DNA of 49,184 bases, taken from positions 22,732-71,915 of the forward strand of contig CALSCP010000324.1 of NCBI GenBank assembly GCA_943704425.1, written 5' to 3'. The notes below the pieces were generated by a model. It did not search any database, was not told the DNA's origin, and was given only the letters and a program-made list of their open reading frames with translations. The position numbers and the translations under genes were made by a program. This DNA is from Ministeria vibrans ATCC 50519. Lineage: Eukaryota > Protista > Filasterea. Each line of letters starts with the position of its first letter. Position 1 is the first letter of the stretch. Of this stretch, positions 35,307-47,962 are shown in pieces.

Positions 35307-35926
35307 GGTTAGCTGGGCGGATAACAATAACAATAACATCACAATCATACTCGTTCTTGGTGCTCAGCTCGGACTCCCAGTCGACCATGTGCGGGTCCAT
35401 TTGGGCAAAGACTGAGTTGCGTCGTTGGTAATGCACCGCCTTGAGCTCGGGCAGCACCGTAAAGAAGCCAATGTCGCCGTCGGTACGCTGAACACCACTG
35501 ACATCCACCCCGATCTGGGTGGCCGCGTTCATCACCACATCGCCCAGGGGCCCATTGGGAAGCACCGAGATCCACTTGCTCGCTCGGCCAAGGCGCCTCA
35601 GCGCAACCGCCACATTGAGCTCATCCCCACCTACAGCGAAAGCAGTGTTCCATTATGATTGCAATTACTATCACAACGAAGGCGGCAGAGACGCGGACGG
35701 CGGAGCCTTGGAAGCTGTCGCTCTTGGTCGTCGTGAGAGTGCAAATTATGGTGAGGATGCGTACCAATTGAGCGCAGGTAGGCTTCTACGAAACGAGACG
35801 GTCACCTTATCATATTGTATCATATTCCAATGCTCGTCCAGTCATACCGCCTTCGCCAACATCGCCAACGTCCACTGATAAAGGCGCCATTCGAAGCATA
35901 GCCTCGCCGAACGTAACAAACCGCAT
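33467..35926 (-). CDS. Fusion of PfkB-family 2-keto-3-deoxygluconate kinase (KdgK-like) and KDPG/KHG aldolase (Eda-like), multi-exon
   Basis: N-terminal PfkB/KdgK part: MRFVTFGEAMLRM, GGDELNVAVALRRLG, WVHATGITP, SLDFNHRKQL, GGGSAWAAGF, ETKGDFS. The same exon continues into the aldolase part: GVVSIIRA, LEVTLDT, LGVGTV, LGARFFLSP, IKLF, MPSGGIS..WWDAGA..GIGRAL. Confidence 0.88.
35113..35305. repeat. (TAT/AAT)n intronic microsatellite
   Basis: Direct reading. Confidence 0.9.
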
Positions 35927-36105
35927 ATTGCTCGAACTTGGACGCGGACGAATAAAGTCAAAATAATAAGTAAATAATCACTATTTCCATAACATAGAAA
36001 GATCACATATTATTTTGTCGTTTGATATTGTTATCATTGCATAATTCGCATTGTTTTTTGCGTTTTGTTCGAGCGACTCGAGTGCTGAAAGTATAGCATA
36101 GTGTA

Positions 36106-38071
<1,966 letters not shown>

Positions 38072-38531
38072 CCATTTGAAGAAGACAATAAAAGATCACC
38101 AACACCCCTTATCTTAATAAAAGACATTATTCTATGAAGTGTAGCCGTTGTAGCCGCACTGATTAGTGGTGTCGAATTGTCTTAGAAAGAAATCATAAAG
38201 CATGTTACCTCTGGAGTGGTTGCGGTCTGGCTCTGTCTTCGCGTAGTGACTGTATCATTAATAAATGGGTTGTATTCTTCTTCCTTGATTCCTCCTTGTC
38301 TGGCCAACAGCCAACCTGTCTCTGTTTCCTCTCGACGCTTCTGTAGCTTAGAACGTGGTTCTGAGCTGTTTGTGTTGTCGCTTTTCGTTTGTGATTGATT
38401 TTCTACTATTTTGTATTATTCTTCTACTAATTCTTTTCAGACTTCTCACTTCAGTCCTATTTCTTTCATTCGAAAGTCCAGGTGGCTGTTAGTCCCGCAT
38501 CGTAACCATCTTCGTTGTCCAGTGGCACTGC

Positions 38532-41500
38532 ATGCGAAACGGTCAATTTCGGTCAGCGTCGCTGCACTTTCTTGTGCTGCTCGCCGCTCTTCTGCCTGCC
38601 GTGTCTGGTACGCTCTACTCGCAGTCACACGCACCACACCCTGCCATCGTGACCATGCCGCCTCCGCTTTTGTCCGCACGCAGGGGAAATCACTGCTGAA
38701 GCCGTCTTCACCGCAGTCGGCGGCGTCCAAGGCTCGCTCAAGTTCTCACAAGCCAACGAAAGCGCCCCCGTCGTCGTCACGTCCAACCTCTACAACCTGC
38801 CATCCAACAATTGGCTCGCCGTCCTCATCCGTCGAAATCCCTCTGGGCCCTGTCTCCCTTACGCCGAGTTCTTTTTCACGCCGTAAGCGAAAACGCGCAT
38901 TGTTGTTTGTTCAGCTGTGTCGTATAATGTGCCAAAGTACACCGATTATCGTATTATAGTGTGACATTGTACAATTACGACCTTTGTATTATGTGCCAAT
39001 GTACAATGTACGATTGTCGTAAAATGTGCCAATGTTTATTTTGCACGAATAATAATTATTTCTTTTTATATAATAATGACGCAACTGCGCTTTATATACC
39101 CACCCCACCCATTATCACAATTATAATATTATGTATTCGCGTAGAAACATTCGCAACACCACATACGCGTGCTCTCCTGCATTTCCGCAAGCATGTGCAG
39201 CCGGTGACATTGGTGGACGCTGGGGTCCTCTTCCAAACGGTCCGAACACGTTTGAAGATAACTCCCTGCATTTGTATGGCGTCCAATCCATTGTCGGGCA
39301 CGGCATCAGCTTTGCGCTGGATAACAACAATCGCGGCCACTCTCCAACGAGTTTTCCTAGCCCATCCATTGCCTGCAGCAATGTCGAGCTAACCTCGGCT
39401 AGTCGTATGCGGGTCGCCGTTGCACGCTTCCCTACCAACTCGATCGTGCTTGGCTCGGTCGTCGCGATGCAACCTTACGACGACCCACATGCACAGGTCA
39501 CACTATTTAACACTATCTACTACAACTCGGAACTGCCTGAGTATGTTGACACGGGCGGCACTGCGCGGCTGACTGTCCACGTCAAGCCAGTAGGCACCGA
39601 TGCGGACGCTCACACCCCTGCTCAAAAGCGTTGTCTCTCCGCCGGTGGGCTCTTCAAGCCGCTGGAAGACATTCTTTCCGGCACCAAAGACGCCAAAGAG
39701 ATTGCCCGTCTCTGCCGCCTTGCCAAGTACGACGACGAAGTTTTTGTTGTTCTTTGCTTTTGTTGTTCTCTGTTTTTGTTGTTGTTTTTGTGTTCATATC
39801 TATTTGAAAATTACCGACCACTCTACTAGTAAGATCCGATCGACATTTGGTCGCCGCGGTATCAGTTATAGTGTTTTGCAAAAGCTGGTTATACATTTTA
39901 GTATATTATTATTATTATTGTACATTTTTAGTATAATTATTATTATTATTGTTATCATTATTATTAAATTTTATTGTTGTTGCTATATTATAATTTTTTC
40001 TCATGACCATTATTATTCATGCCCTTTCACACTTTGACAAAATGATTTTAGCCTCGACCATGATAAGTGTTCGCGAGAGCTGTCTAATATCACCGAGTCC
40101 ACACGCATCGATGTCAACTTACCCGGTGGCGACATTATCACCGACCCCTTTTCCTCTTTGCAAGGAAATCACTCGCTTGTTAACCGCTCCGTATCCATTG
40201 ACGTAAGAAGCCTTCATAATCAACGTCGCGATATAAAGTTATAATATTTACTATTATATTTGAATGTACCCATAGGCAAACGATATCGCTGGTAATGGCT
40301 TTACCTTGGGTTGTGCGACATTTGAAGAGGTCTCTGTGCCCTCGGTAATCATCCCAGTGTACTCAAACGGTCGTTACGGCAGCGTGATACTGGAGCAGTG
40401 GGACAGCTCTTTTCCTACTCGCGTTACGGTCAACGTGCAAGGACCGGCCGGGGGTGGTGTCTCTCTGCGCTTTGCAGCACAGCCGACCACAGGCGAGTCG
40501 TGTGTGAACATTTTAGACTATGACCCTACAATGGTAAATGTGACGGACTATGACATGTCGTGCACACCGACGTCTCCCATGAGATTTTCTACGTGTGCTC
40601 TCGGCGACTTGAGCGGCCGATGGGGTGCATTTTTGCCTGATACAACAGTCGTTGACTTCCTCCTCCCCATCCATGGAACCTGGTCCGTGGCCGGCCGTGC
40701 TCTGGTCGTGGAAACGATTCCTTCTGAGCCACCCAGCTGCTCAACAGTGCCCACACCAAACTATAGTGATGGTCTATTCTCCACGAGCAGCAACGTGCGC
40801 GTGGCCACGGCACACTTTGCAACAAACGTTGCGCAAGGAACTTTCACCTTTGAGCAACCAGACGCACCCTACGTAGAGCAAGCCAGCACGGTACTCACCA
40901 TAAATATGTGGACACCTACACGAGTGGCCATTGGAGACTGGTACATCAGCACGGGAGACTGCTCTTCGACCTACGCATTGTTCAACCCATCGCGTGTACT
41001 TGTGCCTCCTACACAGTGCACTCCATTTCTGCAGAACAGTTACTTGCAGGTATGTCCCCTGGGCTCTCTTGGCAGCAAAGGTGGGCCAATTGTGCTCCCT
41101 GCCACGTCGTACGTTGTCACACTCGAACAGGTGGCATTGGACGGCGTCAATTCCATTGTGGGTCGTTCGCTCTTTTTAACCGACGCGTTTGGCCAACACT
41201 TCTCATGCGCAGCCATTACCAGTGGTCCATTTCCTGCTGCGACAACCAGCGTAACGTCCACTGCAACCGATACGCACATTGTGCTCTCTCAGGCAACGCG
41301 AACCTCGCCAGTTACAATCACTTTCACCCCCCTGTCGTTCACGTCGACGCGAGCCTCCAGCGGAAATGTTGCATCCTGGTTTATCAGTAGCGAACCTTTG
41401 ACCTCGAGCGAATCGTGCTCGGCCATTGCTACCGCCCGAAAGATGTTTAATCCATATCCGGAAAATGTGGATGTGGCCCAGTGTTCACCTACTTCGCCAT

Positions 41501-42336
41501 TGCGCTTCTCTGCCTGTGCTGTTGGCGACCTTGCCGGCAAGTATGGTGCCTTCCCCGCCAACCCCATTGCAAGCGTTTCCTTTGAAGACCCAACATTGAC
41601 ACTCTTTGGAGCGGCAGCGGTGCAACAGCGCACGCTGGTACTCACCGACAGCACTGGAGCCGCGATTGAGTGCGCCACGCTTGCGCCTGGCCCTCAGTCG
41701 AACGTGACAACATACGTGGCTGCGGCGCAAGATGTGACACTAACGCTGCGCCAGGACACAACGCAGCTTGGGACGCCCACCATACTCGAATGGACGGTCT
41801 CCTCTGATTTGCCGAGCGGCACCTCCTCTCAGTGGGCCCTCCAGTCTACTTGCAGTCTCCCTTTAACCCCCTTTAATCCATTCGGTGTCACCCCCGCAAC
41901 CGTATGCCAGGCTCAATCAGATGCTCTGGGGACGTGTGCAAGTGGTGATCTCACCCACCTTGCCGGTGCTCTTGCAACCTCACCGGCTTCCACCAAATCC
42001 ACCGCATGGCTCAGCACCACAGAAGCAATCTTTCTCGACGGCCGCGCCTCCGTTGATGGTCAGATGCTTGTAATGGATGTCAACGGGGCTCCCGTGTGCG
42101 CGCCGCTGGTGCTACAACAGAATCCCTCGCCGACGCCAACGAACAACAAAAGCGGGTCGTCGCTATCGACGGGCGTCATCGTTGGACTTGCCGTAGGAGC
42201 CATTGTCATTGTTGTTCTCGTTGCAGTTGTTGTCGTTCGCGCGGTGAACGACCGGCGCCGTATGTCATATGTGAAACAGCGTGAAATATCCATGTCGGGA
42301 TTGGCCGGTGGTAGCACGGCGTCCATTTACGACTAA
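38532..42336 (+). CDS. Type I membrane protein with about six Cu/Zn-SOD-fold repeats (Cu-only SOD repeat protein-like)
   Basis: Signal peptide (MRNGQFRSASLHFLVLLAALLPAVSG). Repeated SOD motifs: G.x.F.Q, FNP, C..GDL.GK/R.G, L.L.G..SI.GR.L, C. TM helix GVIVGLAVGAIVIVVLVAVVVV and a short tail ending SIYD. Confidence 0.8.
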
Positions 42337-42660
42337 TACCCAGTGAAGTTTAATGTTGTAAGTGTGCGTCGAAAAAAGAAACGAATAAACAAACACAATC
42401 ATTATTATAACAAAAGGGCGTCATCGTTGGACTTGCCGTAGGAGCCATTGTCATTGTTGTTCTCGTTGCAGTTGTTGTCGTTCGCGCGGTGAACGACCGG
42501 CGCCGTATGTCATATGTGAAACAGCGTGAAATATCCATGTCGGGATTGGCCGGTGGTAGCACGGCGTCCATTTACGACTAATACCCAGTGAAGTTTAATG
42601 TTGTAAGTGTGCGTCGAAAAAAGAAACGAATAAACAAACACAATCATTATTATAACAAAA
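42171..42660 (+). repeat. Perfect 245-bp tandem duplication (TM/tail-coding end and 3' UTR of the SOD-repeat gene)
   Basis: 42171-42415 and 42416-42660 read identically from GGGCGTCATCGTTGG to TATAACAAAA. Confidence 0.92.
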
Positions 42661-42689
42661 ATAATAAAAGACGCAATAATTATTAACGA

Positions 42690-43882
42690 AGGCTTCCCCG
42701 ACGTCAGGTCACGAATCGCAGACACGGCACCATTGCTCTCGCCATGATTCTCAGCCACATGGACTACGCCCTCAGCACCACCCATATCTACGACCAACCG
42801 ATTACGTCACACTAGGACAAGCTCCGCCTCCAGATCAGCCGTACACTGCTCGGAGGAGGACTCGCAAAAGCCCCCCACCCCAACACTTCGTGCAGGCATG
42901 TGTCTGACGGACGCCGCCTCCCGCCCTGCTGTCACGCATCTCTCCAATGCGGCGATGGCCGCTGGAGGCGTCCGCCACAACCCCCCCGTTGTCACTCACA
43001 ATCATCACCGCCCTCCGCACCCGAGACGCGACCCGCGCAGCAGCGAACCCGTCGCAAGCAGCCACTGCAAGGTCAATCCGGGTGATCGAGCACAAAAACG
43101 CATTCGCTCCGCTACCCGATCTGGCGCCAGGCGCCACTGCCACTCAACACTTGACGCAGTCCACGCGACACGTCCTGTCCCTTGATCTCACCCTCTCCCC
43201 TTTGCCAGCTAGAGGCGACGCCCTCCGGCTGAACCAGCTCCCCAAGATTGTCCAAGAAGCGTACTGTGCTGGGCGGCGAGCACATGTGCGCTCGGTGCCC
43301 TCACTCCCCGGAACCCCATACGCCAAACCCCGCTTTGATCCGTTCCGTCCCCTCCGCTACATTAAAGCCCTGGGGCACGCCGCCGCGCGCTCGGTCTTCC
43401 GCGCCCTCTGCAACCAACTGATGACTGGTGAACACGCAGCGACACGCCACATCGTCCGACCAGGAGCCGCTTCAGACGTGACGGCAGCTGCGCCAGCCGT
43501 CTGTGACTGCTGCCGTTTGCTCGGCACACGGGAAACCGCCGAACACTTTGTCACCCATTGTACTCACCCCTCCCTAGCACGTCTGCGTCCGATGCTCTCC
43601 GCCCACACCACGTTCAATACGGTTGCCCTCTCCCGCCAGACTGCCACCGCGGTGAGGATCACTCTCACCGCTGCCATCTCCGAGGCACACCAGTGCCTCG
43701 TGAATGTTGACACCCAGTTCTCCTGTTCCCTCTCGAGGGTCCTCCAGCGCATTGAGCCTGAGGGTCGCCGCAATGGTGTACCGTGGGACTTCCGTGTACA
43801 GGGTCTACCTGTGCCTCCGTACATTCTTCTCATGGGTGTATCAGTGGGTCTATGGGCTTCTTTCGGGAGATTCTTGTCTTGA
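42690..43882 (+). mobile_element. 5'-truncated, decayed non-LTR retrotransposon (LINE ORF2 C-terminus)
   Basis: RT-thumb-like 'AMILSHMDYA' followed by an in-frame stop and frame disruptions. Downstream is a CCHC zinc knuckle 'CDCCRLLGTRETAEHFVTHC', typical of LINE ORF2 ends. No introns. Confidence 0.65.
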
Positions 43883-44565
43883 AGTCCACGGCGAAAGTAT
43901 TGTGCTGAAATTGTGCTGCTCTTTGTTTTGTATAATAAATTAATAATTATAATTATTGTTTTGTTTTGACATTGAGTACAACTCTCGATTCTCTATTTAT
44001 TTTCCTTAATAAATGGGTTGTATTCTTCTTCTTCTATTTATTTTCCTATTATAATAATAATAATAATTTATGTATGATCATGAGTCACTTCAAACTTGCA
44101 CGAAACCCCCATCAAGTAAGCCATTCTAGCGACAAAACTGGATGGGAGAACAGTGGAAGATTAGAAAAGCTGCGTACGTATGATCGATGAATGATCGATC
44201 GGCGTCGCTATGTATGTCCCTCCAGGCTCCAGGTGGGACAACTGCAATGCAGGTAGGATACGGCGATACGCCTTATATACTTATTTGTAATTTGAGCTCT
44301 ATATACACTCTCATGAGTCCCTTCGGAGTCCCATTGGAGTCCCATTGCGATTGCTTCACTCTGAATTCATTCTTGCTTCACTGAAGCTTCACTGATAGCG
44401 ACTTTCTTTCATAGCGACAACACAGCACTCTGAGTTTGCAAGGCGGTCTAACTGTGTCTTCGCGTGGTGACTGTATCATAAATGTTGTAGTGAAGTTGTA
44501 GTTCCGTTGTAGTCTTCTTCTTCTCTATTTTAGAAATAAAAATTAATTTAATAATATCCATCTGC

Positions 44566-44979
44566 ATGTCTTCACTTCGTGACATTATATTGCGGATAGG
44601 GGACATTGTTCTGCTTTACGCCGATGACGATGCGCGTGGCTACGTGTTCGCCGAGAGCAGCGTCGACGGGTGTGTGACCATTTCACCAACACCNNNNNNN
44701 NNATTATATTGCGGATAGGGGACATTGTTCTGCTTTACGCCGATGACGATGCGCGTGGCTACGTGTTCGCCGAGAGCAGCGTCGACGGGTGTGTGACCAT
44801 TTCACCAACACGGAGAACATCCAGCGAAACGCAACCGATTTCAAACCTTCGGAATTGCCTTGACACGTTCCTCCGTTCAAGCAGGTACACGCATCGGCAA
44901 GAGTAAAGCAGGCTGCGGCGAGGAATAGAAGCCTCAAAAGGCGCAAGTCACGGGGTCGCTGCTCGTAGGCGCTCGTAGA
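44566..44979 (+). pseudogene. IP3 receptor-like N-terminal (suppressor domain) fragment
   Basis: MSSLRDIILRIGDIVLLYADDDARGYV..VDGCV..ISNLRNCL..SRY resembles the ITPR N-terminus (FLHIGDICSLYAEG..GF..VDDRCVV..FRDCLF..NRY). There is a stop at 44904-44906, no downstream IP3R exons are visible, and the fragment spans a gap. Confidence 0.6.
44694..44702. other. Scaffold gap with the same ~109 bp on both sides (44584-44692 = 44703-44811)
   Basis: Direct reading; typical of an unmerged contig overlap. Confidence 0.9.
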
Positions 44980-45290
44980 CCATCCTAAAAAAAGTTCACA
45001 GCATGTAATACCCAATTCCCGCATGCAAGAAATGCACCCCGACTTGCAGGTGTGAGGGAGTAGGGAGAACGTTTTGATTCAACCAAAAAAATAAGCGAGA
45101 ATGGCGCTCGCGTGAAATGACAGCCTCCGCCATCACACAACCCTCACCAGCACATTGGACACGCGCCAACCAACGCGTGCAGTCATAAAATACACTCCAA
45201 ATTACAGGGATGGCACAGATTCAGGATGGTCGCGAGATCAGCGATACCAAACGCACACAACTATGCAATCCCATGCGTACTTTACTGTTA

Positions 45291-45316
45291 AGGGTTAGGG
45301 TTAGGGTTAGGGTTAG
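45291..45316 (+). repeat. Interstitial telomeric repeat (TTAGGG)n
   Basis: AGGG TTAGGG TTAGGG TTAGGG TTAG. Confidence 0.85.
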
Positions 45317-45443
45317 AGAAGGAGCAGGAAAGGGATAATTAGAGTAATCCGAGTATTGAAGTTTTCATTTAGTTTTGGTTGAAACTTGGAAGAGAGAGTT
45401 CTCAATTTATAAGAAGCAATCAGATAATATTTCTTGTGTTGGT

Positions 45444-46885
45444 TTAGCATGCGTCCTCGATCACGGAGATGGTCTGCAGGCTCGTCGCGAGTCCCTGGAG
45501 GCGATTCAGTAGCGATGTGCACATGTGCGCAGACGGCTGGAAGACGGTGAGGGAGCCGTTCAACGTCGCAATCCCCGACAGACCGTCCAAGTTGGTCAGT
45601 TGCGCGTTGCCGGAGATGAAAAGGTCGCCGCCCACAGTCGTGACTCCCGAGAGACCCGTGAGGTTGGCTAATCGCGCGTTGCTGTCGATGTGGAAGCCGC
45701 CACCCACAGTCGTGATCCCCGTCAAACCCGCGAGGGTACTCAATCGCGCGTTGCTGGAGATGGTGACGTGGCCGCCCACGGTCGTGATCCCCGTCAGACC
45801 AGCAAGGGTACTCAATCGCGGGTTGCTGGAGATGGTGACGCCGCCGCCCACGGTCGTGACCCCCGACAGACCCGTGAGGGTGGTCAGCTGCGAGTTGCTG
45901 GAAATGGTGAGTTCGCCGCCGACGGTCGTGACCCCCCACAGACCCGCCAAGGTAGTCAGTTGCGCGTTGGTTGAGATCTTGAGGTAGCCACTCACAGTCG
46001 CGACCCCCAACGGGCCGCCGAGCAGGTTGGCTAGTCGCGCGTTGTTGAAGATGTGAAAGTCGCCGCCCACGGTCGTGATCCCAGTCAGACCCGCGAGGGT
46101 GGTCAGTTGCGCGTTGCTGAAGATGTGGAAGTCGCCGCCCACGGTCGTGATCCCCGTCAGACCCGCAAGGGTACTCAATTGCGCGTTGTTGGAGATGGAG
46201 ACGTCGCCGCCCACGGTCGTGACCCCCGACAGACCCGCAAGGGTGGTCAGTTGCGTGTTACTGAGGATGGTGTCGCCGCCCACAGTCGTGACCCCCGACA
46301 GACCCGTGAGGTTGTTCAGTTGCGTGTTTTCGGAGATGTGGAGGTAGCCCACAACACGCACATCCGTGTAGTTCTCAATCATTTTGATAGAGTGCTCGGT
46401 GAGCGTCACGTCGCCGACGAATAGAGGTTGAGTACTTTCACCATCCTGCCCGCACACACACTTATCCGCGATTTTTGAGTCCACAACAGCCTCCGTCGCC
46501 ATCTTCTCTCCACGCGTGTACACAGCGCCACTTGTACTAGGTGTCATCACAATATTGCCCCCCACATTCTGACTGAGAGAGGAGAAGAGGCAAAGAGAAG
46601 AGTGAGAGGCAAACTTCAAACGCAACACAACGGTGATTTGAATTGAAGTGATTTCTATCTATGACTTATTGTGACTCATTTTGAGTTGATTTGAATCTCA
46701 AACGCTTACACACCAACATTCGCATGCAAAGATAAGGGAGTACGAAGGAAGAGCGTGTGCTAGAGAGAGACAGACGGAGAGGCTTACATGTCTGTGATCT
46801 CTGTTGGTGTCGTTTCTCCCCAGACTGAGCACACTGAGCACGCTACATACACTACACAGAGCAGCGCGATAGTCCTAAACGGCAT
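45444..46885 (-). CDS. Secreted protein with ~11-12 tandem 24-aa receptor-L-domain/LRR-like repeats (2 exons)
   Basis: Exon 1 46885-46788 encodes signal peptide MPFRTIALLCVVYVACSVCSVWG. The intron is gtaagc..ctcag. Exon 2 46572-45444 is in frame, with unit LTTLAGLSGVTTVGGxxxIxxNAQ (72-bp DNA repeat). Confidence 0.85.
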
Positions 46886-47962
46886 CAGCTCTGGTGTGCC
46901 AGCAACGTCCCTGTGGAGAATGGTGTGAACACTCGTAGAGGAAAAAGAGAACGCAAATTTGAAATGTAAGACAGATCCACGTTTCAAAACGTAAAGATTA
47001 CGCCCATTTGCGTCGCTATTCGTGCCCCACGGATTGGGCGATCGCATAAGTATACAACGAGGCAGAGCATATGAACAATATTAAATTCCCTCAAACGCCC
47101 ACCACGCAAAATTCAGGAACTATCTCCTACCGACCTTTCCACAACCGGCACCTCATAATCGCACTATACCGCCTATGTAAGACGGAAGGCCGCGGAAAGC
47201 AGTGGTTGACGTGGGAGAGTTCACTCAAAAAAACGAAAGGCAGAATTAATCTACAGCACCCACTCTGCGAAATCCCAGTTCTCTCAGACATCACCGTTTG
47301 AAACAACGGTACCCAATAAGCGCAGTACACCTCTTCCGTAACATGGTAGACCGTATCAAGCAGCGGTTCGCAGAAACAAAACATAGAGTATCAAAACAGT
47401 TCAGAAACACACCACGCAAAACACGAACAAAACACATACAACAATTTACTTTAAAAGGCAAAGAAAGAAGTGAAAATGCAGATTTAAAAGATTGTCCTTG
47501 AAACTTGAAAATCGAATCTTGGCAGGATTTTTCGTGAATATTCAATATTGTTACGAATGACCTCAATTTGCGACCCAAGGATTCGTCAGCCCTCAGTCCC
47601 TCCCCTGTCATACGTTGTTTTTGTTGATTATATCAGTGTTTATGGCTAAATTGTAATGTGAGAAAAATTGATTTAATTCCAATTCAAATCGAATTTCATT
47701 TAACAAACCAACAAACGAATAGTCTCAAGTACCAAAGATATTGACAAAGGTACGAGGCATTTCCTTCTTACCAATATGTAACATGCATGTGGGAAAGTGA
47801 TCTGTCGGCGAAAGTTGACGTGCGTCACGTGCGCGGCCACACAAACAATGTACTCCATTCGGCTGCGGATTCGAAGCGACCTAGAATGTGAGAGATCAAA
47901 TCGATGCAGGAAATACACTTGTTTTCGTACTTCCTCATTTCCTGTCCCGCGGAAATAAATCG

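Noticed and set aside
38921-39040. Degenerate ~35-bp repeats (ATGTGCCAATGTAC..) in a SOD-repeat gene intron
   Set aside because: Only 3-4 poor copies; looks like an ordinary decayed minisatellite.
44584-44811. Apparent 109-bp direct repeat
   Set aside because: It flanks an N gap exactly and is best explained as an unmerged contig overlap.
45560-46360. Regular 72-bp repeats with variable segments that superficially resemble a CRISPR array
   Set aside because: They are in-frame coding repeats in a spliced eukaryotic gene, with no unique spacers and no cas genes.
47071-47200. 'IKFPQT..' and 'SHYTAYVRR', resembling a USP His box in different frames
   Set aside because: Too short, broken by stops and frameshifts, and no Cys box is visible; cannot be supported without a search.
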